Below, piece by piece: positions 1 through 10,621 of a stretch of DNA of 64,000 nt. The number at the start of each line of letters is the position of its first letter. The stretch's first letter is position 1. The DNA comes from Nostoc sp. GTDB lineage: Bacteria > Cyanobacteriota > Cyanobacteriia > Cyanobacteriales > Nostocaceae. The position numbers and the translations under genes were made by a program. A model generated the notes under the pieces. That model saw nothing but the letters and a program-made list of their open reading frames with translations, made no database searches and was not told where the DNA came from. The DNA lies in the NCBI GenBank assembly GCA_036918135.1, contig JBALDB010000008.1, positions 120,485 to 184,484 on the forward strand, written 5' to 3'.

Positions 1-552
1 TTAGAGCAGTTTGCTGTCATGGGGTCGGCTTACAGTCAGTATGTCTTGGGTACAACTGAACCGAAGGTAGGTTTATTGAATATCGGTGAAGAAGACTCTA
101 AGGGCAATGACGCGGCTGTGCGTGCCCATCAACTGCTACGCGAAAATTCCCAAATTAATTTTATTGGTAATGCCGAAGGGCGTGATGTGCTTTCGGGTCA
201 TTTTGATGTAATTGTCTGTGATGGGTTCGTTGGCAATGTCTTATTAAAATTTGCCGAAGCAGTCGGAGAAGTAATTCTGCAAATCTTACGCGAAGAATTA
301 CCCCAAGGATTACACGGTCAGATCGGCTCGGCACTCTTAAAACCCAACTTGAAGCGGATTAAGCAGCGGATGGATCACGCAGAACACGGTGGCGCTTTGC
401 TCTTAGGCGTAGCCGGAGTTTGTTTGATCGGTCACGGAAGCTCACAAGCACCTTCAATTTTTAATGCAATTCGCATGGCAAAAGAAGCTGTTGACAACCA
501 GGTACTGCAACGAATTCAGTCCCAATATATATTAGAGCGCGAGAGCGGTTAG
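1..552 (+). CDS. plsX: Phosphate acyltransferase PlsX (5' part outside window)
   Basis: Frame open from base 1; motifs LLNIGEEDSKG, DVIVCDGFVGNVLLK, GGALLLGV, GHGSS; upstream of fabH. Confidence 0.95.
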   Translation, partial: LEQFAVMGSAYSQYVLGTTEPKVGLLNIGEEDSKGNDAAVRAHQLLRENSQINFIGNAEGRDVLSGHFDVIVCDGFVGNVLLKFAEAVGEVILQILREELPQGLHGQIGSALLKPNLKRIKQRMDHAEHGGALLLGVAGVCLIGHGSSQAPSIFNAIRMAKEAVDNQVLQRIQSQYILERESG

Positions 553-655
553 TTATTGGTCGTTGGTTGTTGGTCATTGGTCATTTGCAAAGGACAAATG
601 ACTAAGAACAAATGACTAAAGACAAGTGACAACCGACAAGGGACAAAAGACAAAA
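553..655. repeat. STRR-type heptamer repeats (GGTCATT / CAAATGAC-like) in opposing orientations
   Basis: ggtcattggtcatt followed by ggacaaatgactaagaacaaatgactaaagacaa. Confidence 0.75.
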
Positions 656-679
656 AGCTGATAGCTTGGGAGATTAGGT

Positions 680-1672
680 GTGCATAATTTAGGCATAGCA
701 ATTACGGGAAGTGGCTCAGCAGTACCAGCAACTTCCCTAGACAACCAGACATTGACTGAACTGGTTGAAACATCAGATGATTGGATAACCACAAGAACAG
801 GAATTTGTCAACGGCGATTAGCACTACCATCAGAGTCATTGAGTATACTCGCTACAGCTGCCAGCAATCAGGCGATCGCAGCTGCGGGAATTAAAGCAGA
901 AGACCTAGATTTGATTTTGCTGGCAACTTCTACCCCTGACGATTTGTTTGGTAGTGCTTGTCAAGTTCAGGCTAAATTGGGAGCAACCAAAGCAGTAGCT
1001 TTTGACTTGACAGCAGCTTGCTCCGGCTTTGTGTTTGGACTGGTCACAGCAGCCCAATACATCAGAGCAGGTGTCTATCAAAATGTACTGTTGATAGGAG
1101 CAGATATCCTCTCTCGCTGGGTAGACTGGCAAGACCGGCGTACTTGTGTGTTGTTCGGCGATGGTGCAGGAGCAGTAGTATTGCAGGCATCGAAAAGCGA
1201 TCGCTTATTGGGATTTGCACTTAAAAGTGATGGTACTCAAAACCATTACCTCAACCTTGGCTATACAGGCTCATCTCAAGAACTACTTTCTGGTATAAAT
1301 GTCACTAAAGGCGCTTACCAACCGATTACTATGAACGGCAAAGAAGTCTACCGCTTCGCCGTCCAAAAAGTACCAGAAATTATTGACAAAGCCTTGTTTC
1401 AAGCTAACCTCACTGTTGACCAAATAGATTGGCTACTGTTACATCAAGCCAATCAGCGGATTCTTGACGCTGTTGCCCAACGCCTAAATATCCCAGAAAA
1501 TAAAGTTATCAGTAATCTCGCTCAGTATGGCAATACCTCCGCTGCTTCGATTCCCCTAGCTTTAGATGAAGCAGTGCGCCAAGGCAAAATCAAACCCAAT
1601 CACATCGTTGCTACATCTGGCTTTGGTGCCGGTCTTACATGGGGCGCAGCAATTTTTCAATGGGGAAGATAA
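680..1672 (+). CDS. fabH: Beta-ketoacyl-ACP synthase III
   Basis: AACSGF (catalytic Cys), LLHQAN, GNTSAASIP, GFGAGLTWG. Confidence 0.97.
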   Translation: MHNLGIAITGSGSAVPATSLDNQTLTELVETSDDWITTRTGICQRRLALPSESLSILATAASNQAIAAAGIKAEDLDLILLATSTPDDLFGSACQVQAKLGATKAVAFDLTAACSGFVFGLVTAAQYIRAGVYQNVLLIGADILSRWVDWQDRRTCVLFGDGAGAVVLQASKSDRLLGFALKSDGTQNHYLNLGYTGSSQELLSGINVTKGAYQPITMNGKEVYRFAVQKVPEIIDKALFQANLTVDQIDWLLLHQANQRILDAVAQRLNIPENKVISNLAQYGNTSAASIPLALDEAVRQGKIKPNHIVATSGFGAGLTWGAAIFQWGR

Positions 1673-1757
1673 ATATTTTGTCATTAGTCATTTGTCCTCT
1701 CTTACAAAGTTCTGATCCAAGGAAGCCTTGGCTCAGACTTTGCGCTTTGTCCTTTGT

Positions 1758-1818
1758 TGACTAATGACCAATGACCAATGACCAATGACCAATGACTAAA
1801 TGACTAATGACCAATGAC
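1758..1818. repeat. STRR tandem heptamer (AATGACC/AATGACT)
   Basis: Tandem aatgacc units directly upstream of the fabD start. Confidence 0.85.
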
Positions 1819-2695
1819 TAAAACTGCATGGGTGTTTCCCGGACAAGGTTCCCAAGCACTGGGAATGGGAATGGATTTATTAGATATACCTACCGCTAAA
1901 GACAAATTTGCCCAGGCCGAGGCAATTTTAGGCTGGTCTGTAACGGAAATATGTCAAACTCAAGAAGAACAGTTATCCCAGACGCTATATACTCAGCCAA
2001 GTCTTTATGTGGTAGAAAGCATTCTTGCTGACCTTCTCCGGGAGAGAGGGCATCAACCAGATTTAGTTGCTGGACATAGTTTAGGAGAATATGTTGCACT
2101 TTATATTGCGGGTGTGTTTGAGTGGTCGGCTGGTTTATATTTGGTGAAGCGTCGTGCAGAACTTATGGATAGTGCCTCTGGTGGTATGATGGCAGCTTTG
2201 ATGAACTTTGACCGCGAACAGTTGGAAAAAGTCATTGCCGAAACGCCTGATGTCGTAGTGGCAAATGACAACAGTTCGGCTCAAGTAGTAATTTCAGGCA
2301 CCACTGAGGCTGTACAAGCGGTGATGTCTCAAGTTAAAGCCAAACGTGCTATTCCTTTAAAAGTTTCTGGAGCATTTCACTCACATTTAATAGCTGCTGC
2401 TGCTGCGGAATTTCAAGACATTCTACAATCTGTAGAATTTCAGCCAGCTCTAATCCCAGTTTTATCAAATATAGAACCAATTGCGTCTGTTGATGCCGAA
2501 ATATTGAAACAACGTCTTAACAAACAAATGACAGGTTCGGTACGCTGGCGAGAAATTTCTCTGCAATTACCAGCTAACGGCATCGAGCAAGTAATAGAAA
2601 TTGGCCCTGGTAAAGTTCTAACTGGCTTAATTAAACGTAATAGCCCCGACTTAATTCTAAAAAATATCAATAAGGCTGCTGATTTGCCTGTTTAA
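1814..2695 (+). CDS. fabD: Malonyl-CoA:ACP transacylase
   Basis: FPGQGSQ, GHSLGEY, VSGAFHS, EIGPGKVL. Confidence 0.97.
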   Translation: MTKTAWVFPGQGSQALGMGMDLLDIPTAKDKFAQAEAILGWSVTEICQTQEEQLSQTLYTQPSLYVVESILADLLRERGHQPDLVAGHSLGEYVALYIAGVFEWSAGLYLVKRRAELMDSASGGMMAALMNFDREQLEKVIAETPDVVVANDNSSAQVVISGTTEAVQAVMSQVKAKRAIPLKVSGAFHSHLIAAAAAEFQDILQSVEFQPALIPVLSNIEPIASVDAEILKQRLNKQMTGSVRWREISLQLPANGIEQVIEIGPGKVLTGLIKRNSPDLILKNINKAADLPV

Positions 2696-2814
2696 TTTCT
2701 TAGATAATGTTTTAAAAATACACCAGTTCTGGACTTCAGGCAGAGAAGGAAGATAGGGTAGAAAAATTGCTTGCTTATCTTCCTCATTCCCTTCATTCAG
2801 AAGAGACGATAGTT

Positions 2815-4071
2815 TTAATTTTCAACACTTGTAGGAGAGGAAGAATAACTTCCCAAATCTTCTATTAACCGTACTCCAAATACTATTACGCTTACTATTT
2901 GAGACAAGACGAAAGCCAACCACAACAAATGGTTACTGTGAAAATACCAGGCAGATATAGCTATCGGCGCAAAACCTACCCCCAAGGAAACTAAAGCAGA
3001 GTCACGCAAGGTTTTCCCTTCAGTTAATCCAATAAAGTACCCTTCTAGTATGAGACTAATTGCACAAAATCCCTGACAAGGTAATAACCAGAATAAATAA
3101 TTAACGATATTTTCAGTCATCTCAGTATGGTTAGTTAACAGCCCAAATATATTTTCTGGAAAAACAATATATAAAATAGCAACAGGAACTGAAAGGAATA
3201 TGCTACTTATTACACCAATCATAATTAGGGGTTTTAACTGCTCCGAAGCTCCCTGACCTTTAAAGTTTCCAGTTAAGCTTTGGATAGCATATCCTACTCC
3301 TTGAACAATAAACATATTGAAAAATGCTGCCTGAATTAGTACGCTATTTTCAGCTAGCGTATCTGTTCCCATTGCGGAACTCAATTCCGTGAAAATCGAG
3401 AAAGTAGAAATTACAGCCAAACTCTTAATTAACATGTTTCCATTTAGCTTAAAAATGGCTTTGATGGCTGACCAATCTAAAACTTTTTGGCTTAGTGTTG
3501 ATATTAATGACCAGTCAATATGAAAACACGCTATAACCAAACCTACTAATAATGCTAAATACTGACTCATTGCTGTAGTTAAGCCAGCACCAGTACTTCC
3601 CCAACTCCAGCGAATAATAAAGAAGTAGTCCAACACTACATTAGTTAAGCTTTCTATTACAGACAATAGCACCACAAAGCCATTCATTTCTCGTCCAAAA
3701 AACCAACCGACTAGGACAAAGTTGAGTAAAACCGCAGGCGCTCCCCAAATACGAGCCTGGAAATAGTCAAGACCTGCATTTTTTACCTCTGTTGTACCTA
3801 CTAAGAAGGTAAACCCCAGTTGTTGTAAGGGGTAATGAAGAATCAGGATCAGTGTACCGATACTTAAAGCAATTAGACCATTCCGCAGTAAAACTAATAG
3901 TATAGCTTCTTGATTGTTTGCTCCCACAGCTTGTGCTGTCATACCATTGCTAGAGGAGCGTAAGAAATTCAAAACTTTGTATAAATAGCTAAAGAGAATT
4001 GTGGCTAAGGAAACTCCTGCTAAGTAACGGATGTCAGGTAAATGCCCTAGAAAAGCTAAGTCTATTAAACT
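2815..4071 (-). pseudogene. MATE (DinF-like) efflux transporter lacking its N-terminus
   Basis: SLIDLAFLGHL, RIWGAPAVLLNFVLVGWFFG and many TM helices. Homology starts abruptly at about 4071 within the first TM motif, with no proper start codon; upstream DNA belongs to a methyltransferase. Confidence 0.75.
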
Positions 4072-4285
4072 CAAAAACTTGTTCGGCAATAATCAAATCA
4101 AAATTTTCAGGTAAGGGTGCAGAGCAAATATCATATTCTGGATAGTTAATATTTTTGTAGTTTTGGAAGCCAAACCTCTGCCAAGTACTTCCCGAAATTT
4201 CCAATACTCGCCATTTTTGGTACGGCAAATTCTCTAATAAGTTTGCCGTTTTACGATTCATTATAACTCGACTCCAAGTCAACAT
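4070..4285 (-). pseudogene. Class I SAM-dependent methyltransferase, C-terminally truncated
   Basis: MLTWSRVIMN...VLEISG...YPEYDIC...FDLIIAEQVFE, breaks just before the expected H of the QVFEH motif and runs into MATE DNA. Confidence 0.7.
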
Positions 4286-4299
4286 CTGATTAAATACCT

Positions 4300-4581
4300 T
4301 CACTTTTTCAAGATATAAACAGTTGGACAAACCTTGCCCAAAATCTGGTAAATTGCCCACAAATATGCTGCATAGCTTGCCTCATAATATTCTTTACCAC
4401 ACGCGTGAATTAACTCTTTTTTACGCCTTCTCATACGGGACAAATATAGCAGCGTTTCCAGTAGTTCTGTTTCTCCATTCTCAATTGCATACTCTCGCCA
4501 TTCACTACCAACTAGCAGATAGTTGTGACGCTGCTTAATAAATCCTCAAACTTGGAAAAAATCTTCAGTAGTTTCAAACAT
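4300..4581 (-). pseudogene. Disrupted 94-codon ORF, possibly a methyltransferase remnant
   Basis: ATG overlaps the GT stop (ATGTTTGA). Reads MFETTEDFFQV*GFIKQRHNYLLVGSEWREYAIE...YLWAIYQILGKVCPTVYILKK* with an in-frame TGA at 4546-4548; family assignment is weak. Confidence 0.5.
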
Positions 4582-5794
4582 ATAAACCGCTACTCCTATA
4601 TTTAAAATCTAAAATTTTATCTACTGCTTTTTTAGTACCACCTGCTGCAATCAAAGAATTGCCTAATAGTTCGACGTTATTGCGAATTTGTGCATTTTGT
4701 ATTATATTTTCGGTAAGCGATCGCAATTTATTCAGTTCAATATTTTTCTGTCTTACCCATACTCCTGCGCCTAATTGTTCTAGACGATGAGCAACTAAAT
4801 ATTGATCTCCTCCTTGGGGAAATATAATCAGTGGAACTTTGTTAATTAGTCCTTCCCAAACACTATTTGTACCTCCATAAGTGATAAACACCTAAGCGTG
4901 CTGAAGCACTTGCATTTGCGGTAGATAATTACTGATAATAAAGTTAGGCGGAATCTCTCCCAATGCAGTAATATCTACAGATTTGCCCACAGACATCACT
5001 ACAGTATACTCACTATCCTCAAAAGCTTGTAAACATCGCTGATAAAAAGAAGTTTTCAAATTATAAATTGTTACTGAACCTAGTGAAATATAAATAACTG
5101 ATTTTTTATCAATTTTTTGGAAGTTAAAACTAGGTTCGATTGCTCTCTCACTGTAACAAGGGCCTGTAAAAATATAACTATCATCAAACTTGGAACGTTG
5201 CATCTGAAAAACTTCAGAAGTATAGACGATATTTAAATCTCCCCGCAGATTCATCGAATTCGGTTGCAGCTGAAACACATCTGCTTTATTGATGCGTTTC
5301 ATCGCATATTTTTGGGTTAATTGCTGCCAAAGTTGGTTGTGTCGGTAGAACCTTTGCAGATGTTTAGTAATATCGTTCAGGGGATAGGCTGCTAATAGTA
5401 GTGACAATGGTGGCAAAAAGTGAGGCGGTAACAGAAAATTTGTATGGAAGCAAACAGTAGGAATATTTAGTAAGTCAGCAGGGATAGCAGCCCACAAACA
5501 TTTAGCATGAAAAATTACTAATTTCGGGCGATCGCGTTCCAACTTTTCTAATAAAATTGGTACAGCATCTAAGCAGTATTCTATCAATCGCGATTGCAGA
5601 GTCGGGTCTGGAGATACTGATTTCATAGTGGGGAGTGGCTGAAATCTAGCACCTGCTAACTCGATTTTGTCTTGAAATTCTTCAAAGTAATAATAGTCTA
5701 CTTTTTCTCCCCGTAAACCTAATTCTTGAATTAACCCCAAAGTAGTATCAATGCGGGTATAACTAGGAAGATCGAAAAAAGCAACATCGACCAT
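4574..5794 (-). pseudogene. Macrolide-family (GT1/MGT) UDP-glycosyltransferase split by an in-frame TAG
   Basis: VIYISLGS, YLPQMQVLQHA*VFITYGGTNSVWEGL...PQGGDQ; ORFs 4892..5794 and 4574..4891 are one frame interrupted at 4892-4894 inside the UDP-binding signature. Confidence 0.88.
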
Positions 5795-5814
5795 AATAGT
5801 AAGTTTGGCAGAAA

Positions 5815-6507
5815 TTAAGCTAGTTTTAAAGCTTGGGAAATAAAGTCAATGTGGGGAGCTTTTTGTGCCATACCTATCCCTACGTGTGTTCCATCTATGC
5901 CTTCGTTGACAACTGAATTTATAGACCAATCAATTTTTTCTCCAATGTGTTTATTAGCGCCAAAAGCCATTTCTGTAAGACTTAAATCTCTTTCTAAGTT
6001 ATAAGTCATATCCAATAATATAGAGGTTTCATCTTGACCGTCTATTATTAGTTGAGTTATGGCATTATCTTCTATTTGCAGATATTTTTCTTGACTGGAT
6101 ACGACCTTATCTGTGAGATATTTTAAAGGTTTCCAGTTATTTTCTTTTGTTTCTTGGGTTGTAGTCTGCGATAATATACCATCGAAATAGAAAATTCCAT
6201 TTACAGAAAAGCTTGATTTATTTGCTTTCGTATTGACTACTGAACTTTCCCAAAACTCAGCAACAGAGTAAAACCATCCTGCTTCAAGTTCTACATCAGC
6301 ATTAGCTATTTCTATACTTTCACTCAATTGGCAATTTAGTTTACTTCCTCTAGAGTCTAATAAGTATAATTCGCTTTTTATGTCAGCTATTTTATCGTAT
6401 AAAATATCACGAATTTCTAACGCTTGCTGAATATCACCGGATATTAACTGGTTAAATGAATATTGAATTGCAGCTAAACTACCATCAAAATGGAATTTAA
6501 TTACCAA
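5815..6507 (-). pseudogene. M29 aminopeptidase-like / CgnB-E-like metalloprotein, paralog 2 (N-terminus missing)
   Basis: TEMAFGAN...DWSINSVVNEG...THVGIG...PHIDF (E, E, H, HxD metal-ligand pattern); aligns to the upstream paralog only from about its residue 88. Confidence 0.6.
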
Positions 6508-7304
6508 TTAACATTTTTTGCAATAGTTTTGTTACAACCAAAGCCTATCTCAGTACAACTCAAATTCCGCTCTAAACCGTAATTCATCTCTAGTAGTATG
6601 GAAGTGCGATCGCTACTATCCAATACTAGACAAGTGATAGCATTATCTTTAATCTCAACATATTTTTCCTGACTGGAAGCTACCCGTTCGAGTAGATATG
6701 TCAGAGCATCTTGGTTGCGTTCTCTAACATCTGGGTTTGCACAAGCATATACTATTCCATCAAAAAAGAAAGTACCCTCGACTGAAAAACTTGATTTATC
6801 GCTTTGAATATTTACTATCCCACTTTCTAATATTTCTGATATTGAATAAAACCATCCTGGTTCTAGCTCATCATCAGTATTTACAACTTCTAAATTTTCT
6901 GAGAGGAAGCAGTTAAGCTTACTTCCTTTATCATCAAATAAATACAATTCTTCTTCTGTCTCAGCAATTTGCTCATAAACTTGAGTTCTGAGTTCTAACA
7001 CTTGTCTAAAATTACAAGAGAGAAGCTGCTCGAAAGAATAAGCGACTGCAAGCTGATTTGGATCGTATCTTATCACTAGCAAATGGATGAGTGTGCTTGC
7101 AGATGTATTCGATTTTACGATCTCATCGTGATAATGGTAATCCGAAATTATAGCAAATACTGTTTGTTGAGCAGTGAAGTCATAATTATCAAATAAAACT
7201 GTCTGATATCCCTGTTCTCGAAAATAAGAACCAATTTGATCGCTGTCAATCAGGATAGGAATTTTTTTATTGAGTAAAGCCTGATGAAAATTTATAATGT
7301 GCAT
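6501..7304 (-). pseudogene. M29 aminopeptidase-like / CgnB-E-like protein, paralog 1 (C-terminus missing)
   Basis: Shares ELExGWFYSxxE, SSFSVxGxFxFDGI and LERxLSxTE with paralog 2; stops at NVNW* before the NEG/H/HxD segment; ATG at 7304. Confidence 0.6.
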
Positions 7305-7352
7305 TGTATTAAAAACAGTAATCTCAATTGAGATACCCAATTAAGAATATAA

Positions 7353-7383
7353 TGTAGAGACGGAATATATCCCGTCTCTATAA
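7353..7383. repeat. REP-like palindrome (GTAGAGACG...CGTCTCTA); related copy at about 18491-18519
   Basis: tgtagagacgg aatatat cccgtctcta inverted repeat. Confidence 0.55.
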
Positions 7384-7393
7384 TCGACAATTT

Positions 7394-8392
7394 TTAGAGT
7401 TTAACTTGTGACAAATGACTGCGGGGATTATATGTACGTATAGCCCGGATTTTTTCATAATATTCCCGCTCTTGTTGGCTGAGGTCTTTTGGTGGTACGA
7501 TCGCTACCTTCACCAACTGATCGCCGCGTCCACCCTTGGCAAGAGGCCAGCCTTTGCCACGTAAACGCAGCGATTGACCAGAACGCACCCCTGCTGGTAG
7601 CTTGACATTAACCATACCTTCGGGAGTAGGTACATCAATCGATGCTCCTAGCGTTGCTTCATCTGGGGTAATTGGCACTTCACAAACCAGATTATCGCCT
7701 TCAAATTGGAAAAACGAGTGCGGTTGAAGTTCGACTTTTAAATATAAATCTCCCCGTTGTTGAGTCATGGGGTTGAATTGACCTTTACCCCGCACGCGTA
7801 GGCGAGCACCAGTTTTAGCCCCAGCCGGGATGCGAACATCAATTGTTTCATTACCTAAACTAAAGCGCTTTTGCACACCACCAAATGCTTCGCCAAAAGT
7901 CAAAGTGATAGCAGCTTCACTATCCTGGACAGTACTAGCACCTGGATCTTGAAACCCAAAATCATTAAAGCCACCAAAACCACTGGGGGCACCTGTGGAA
8001 GTCCGGTAAGAGTAACTTTGTCGCCCACCGCGAGGACTACCACCACCACCAAAGCGTCCTAGCAACTCATTAATAAACTCATCAAAATTGCCGTATTGAC
8101 TGAAGTCAAAACCGCCCATATCAACACCAGCACCGCCAGATGGGAAACCTTGACCAGCTTGTTTCCAATATTGACCGAATTGGTCGTATTTTTTGCGTTT
8201 GTCTGGGTCTGAGACAACTTCGTAGGCTTCGTTAATTTCTTTGAAGCGTGCTTCTGCCTGTTTGTTGCCTGGGTTAACATCAGGATGATATTTGCGGGCT
8301 AGTTTGCGAAAGGCTTGTTTAATTTCCTCTTGAGTGGCAGTCTTACTAACTCCCAAAATTGCGTAATAGTCTTTAAAGTCCGTTGCAGCCAT
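7394..8392 (-). CDS. DnaJ-class chaperone (CbpA-like; J domain + G/F region + C-terminal domain, no Zn finger)
   Basis: KDYYAILGV...[23 protein letters not shown]. Confidence 0.93.
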   Translation of the reverse strand: MAATDFKDYYAILGVSKTATQEEIKQAFRKLARKYHPDVNPGNKQAEARFKEINEAYEVVSDPDKRKKYDQFGQYWKQAGQGFPSGGAGVDMGGFDFSQYGNFDEFINELLGRFGGGGSPRGGRQSYSYRTSTGAPSGFGGFNDFGFQDPGASTVQDSEAAITLTFGEAFGGVQKRFSLGNETIDVRIPAGAKTGARLRVRGKGQFNPMTQQRGDLYLKVELQPHSFFQFEGDNLVCEVPITPDEATLGASIDVPTPEGMVNVKLPAGVRSGQSLRLRGKGWPLAKGGRGDQLVKVAIVPPKDLSQQEREYYEKIRAIRTYNPRSHLSQVKL

Positions 8393-8554
8393 CTACCAGC
8401 CTCCTATAAAAATTAGCCTTATGTTTTTTGAGATAACAGATGTGCCTGTTTGCCAGGTATAATGCCAAGCAAAATAATCTGATTTTAAATTAACAAAGAA
8501 TATAGAAAATCAAGTGTGGTTCTTGCTCGCTGGGCGATCGCAATTTCCGTACCC

Positions 8555-8998
8555 TCAAATTTCTGGAAAATGCATCAGCTTGTCTAGTCCTCGTTCCAAG
8601 CTTGGGGGGGTGACGGTGCATCCGCAAGATGATTTTTTCAGCCACTTGACGTTCTCGCCTTTGATTGCCTGCCAAACACAACCAAACTGGCGTATTTACC
8701 TGAATTTCAGTAATGTGGGTAAAACCCAAGTGAGGCGCTAAGAAAATAATCTGACGGCGATCGCGTCGTTGGGCGTTGGTAAGGTAGATTGCCGTATTTT
8801 TTGGGGAAATAGCTTGTTGGCATTGCTGTTCCACTTCTCGTTAAATCAGCAACCACTATCCCTCAATAGCTTAGGAACCGAATAATTGTCCCCGGATGAC
8901 ATCCGTAGAAATCAGGTGCATCTGGGGACATTCTGCCAGTAATTGTTTTGCTCTAGTTGACTTCCTGCTACCTGGAAGACCAATAAGTAACAAAAGTG
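8555..8998 (-). pseudogene. AAA_33 / P-loop kinase pseudogene
   Basis: Minus strand reads LLLLIGLPGSRKSTRAKQLLAECPQMHLISTDVIRGQLFGS*AIEG*WLLI*REVEQQ...TNAQRR...TPVWLCLAGNQRRERQVAEKIILRMHR; degenerate Walker A and three stops. Confidence 0.75.
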
Positions 8999-9082
8999 AG
9001 GAGTGAGGAGTTAAGAGTCAGAAGTGAGAAGTGAGGAGTGAGGAGTATTCAGAATTTTATTCATAACTCCTAACTCCTAACT
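8995..9082. repeat. STRR heptamers (GTGAGGA / AACTCCT)
   Basis: gtgaggagtgaggagt...ctcctaactcctaact. Confidence 0.75.
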
Positions 9083-9083
9083 A

Positions 9084-10373
9084 TTAAATGATTGTTCCAT
9101 CAGGAATTACAGCATTTTTTAGCACGACAACGATACCACTACGGATGTAGAAACCTTGACTTTCGCGGTCAGCTTCTTGGACGTTATCTTTATTGATAAT
9201 TTTGACATCGTGACCGATACTGGCGTTTTTATCAATGATGGCACCGCGAATAATTGAGTCAGTACCAATACCTACGGAGATGTCGCCTTTTTCTACATTA
9301 GATTGGCGTTCCACAGAAGCTTGATAAAAGTCTGCACCCATAAGCAAAGATTCTTCAATGACGCAGCCAGATTCAATGCGCGATCGCACTCCCAATACAG
9401 AATGTTGAATGCGGCAATTTTTCAAAATACAACCTTCGCCAATAATTGATTCTGTGATTTGGCAATCTAATAGTTTACTTGGAGGCAAGTAACGAGCGCG
9501 GGTATAAATTGGTGCGTGTTCATCGTAGAAACTAAAAGGTGGCTGGGGCTGCTGAGTTAGGGCTAAATTGGCATGATAAAATGCTTCGATTGTTCCAATA
9601 TCTTCCCAGTAATCATCAAAAAGGTAAGCTTGAACGTTGTAATCTTTAGAGGCATCAGGAATAATTTCTTTACCGAAATCAGTCCTTTCTGTACCCTCTC
9701 TTAGTAACTTGAACAAAACCTCTTTTTTAAAGACATAAATCCCCATTGAGGCGATGTAAGGCTGTTGCTGGGCTTGTTCTTTTGATAATCCCAGTACACT
9801 TGTATCAACTTGCATTTGGAGTAACGCTTCACCTTTGGGTTTTTCGCTAAAATCGATTACCCTACCAGAATCGTCAATTTTCATCAACCCAAAATCTGAG
9901 GCGCGACGCTCATCAATGGGGATGACTGAGAGAGTAATATCAGCCCCCGTTTCCCTATGGCGGTGGATAAACTGGCGATAATCCATGCGGTAGAGGTGAT
10001 CGCCTGAGAGAATTAGATATTCTTCTACATCCCATTCTTCCATTAACCACAGGTACTGACGTACAGCATCGGCTGTACCTTGAAACCAGTTAGGGTTTTC
10101 TGGCGTTTGTTGTGCGGCTAGCACTTCCACAAACCCTTCATTGAAGCCAGTTAAGTTGTAGGTACGAGCGATGTGACGATTTAGGGAAGCTGAGTTGAAT
10201 TGTGTCAGGACATAGATTTTGAATAGTTCGGAGTTTATGCAGTTACTTACTGGGATATCGATTAGGCGGTATTTCCCTGCTACTGGTACTGCTGGTTTAG
10301 CACGAAGCTTGGTTAACGGATAAAGACGCGTACCCGCGCCACCACCAAGAATGATTGATAATACTTTTTTCAC
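9084..10373 (-). CDS. glgC: Glucose-1-phosphate adenylyltransferase
   Basis: [46 protein letters not shown]. Confidence 0.98.
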   Translation of the reverse strand: MKKVLSIILGGGAGTRLYPLTKLRAKPAVPVAGKYRLIDIPVSNCINSELFKIYVLTQFNSASLNRHIARTYNLTGFNEGFVEVLAAQQTPENPNWFQGTADAVRQYLWLMEEWDVEEYLILSGDHLYRMDYRQFIHRHRETGADITLSVIPIDERRASDFGLMKIDDSGRVIDFSEKPKGEALLQMQVDTSVLGLSKEQAQQQPYIASMGIYVFKKEVLFKLLREGTERTDFGKEIIPDASKDYNVQAYLFDDYWEDIGTIEAFYHANLALTQQPQPPFSFYDEHAPIYTRARYLPPSKLLDCQITESIIGEGCILKNCRIQHSVLGVRSRIESGCVIEESLLMGADFYQASVERQSNVEKGDISVGIGTDSIIRGAIIDKNASIGHDVKIINKDNVQEADRESQGFYIRSGIVVVLKNAVIPDGTII

Positions 10374-10621
10374 AAAATTTCTCCTGACTGCCTTTCAACT
10401 CTCATCTTCAGTTTAGGACTGTATGTGGCAGCTGGTAAGGGGGGAGCAGATGATTCTTAGGGATGAATTTTAGAAAATGCTGTTAGGAAAAAAAATTAGA
10501 ACGTTTGTATTATTGAATGAGAAAGATGGGAAGGCGATCGCTATACTTGGTATCTCGACAAAGAATTTATAAAACTAACTACAGAGGAATCAGCAATCTT
10601 TAGTAAATAATGGTAATTCTA

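Noticed and set aside
4892..4894. Pyrrolysine or programmed read-through at the TAG
   Set aside because: Neighbouring genes are also broken and no recoding machinery is evident; pseudogenisation is simpler.
2815..7304. Guanitoxin cluster suggested by the MATE and methyltransferases
   Set aside because: No PLP enzymes, hydroxylases or kinase typical of that pathway; a MATE alone is not diagnostic.
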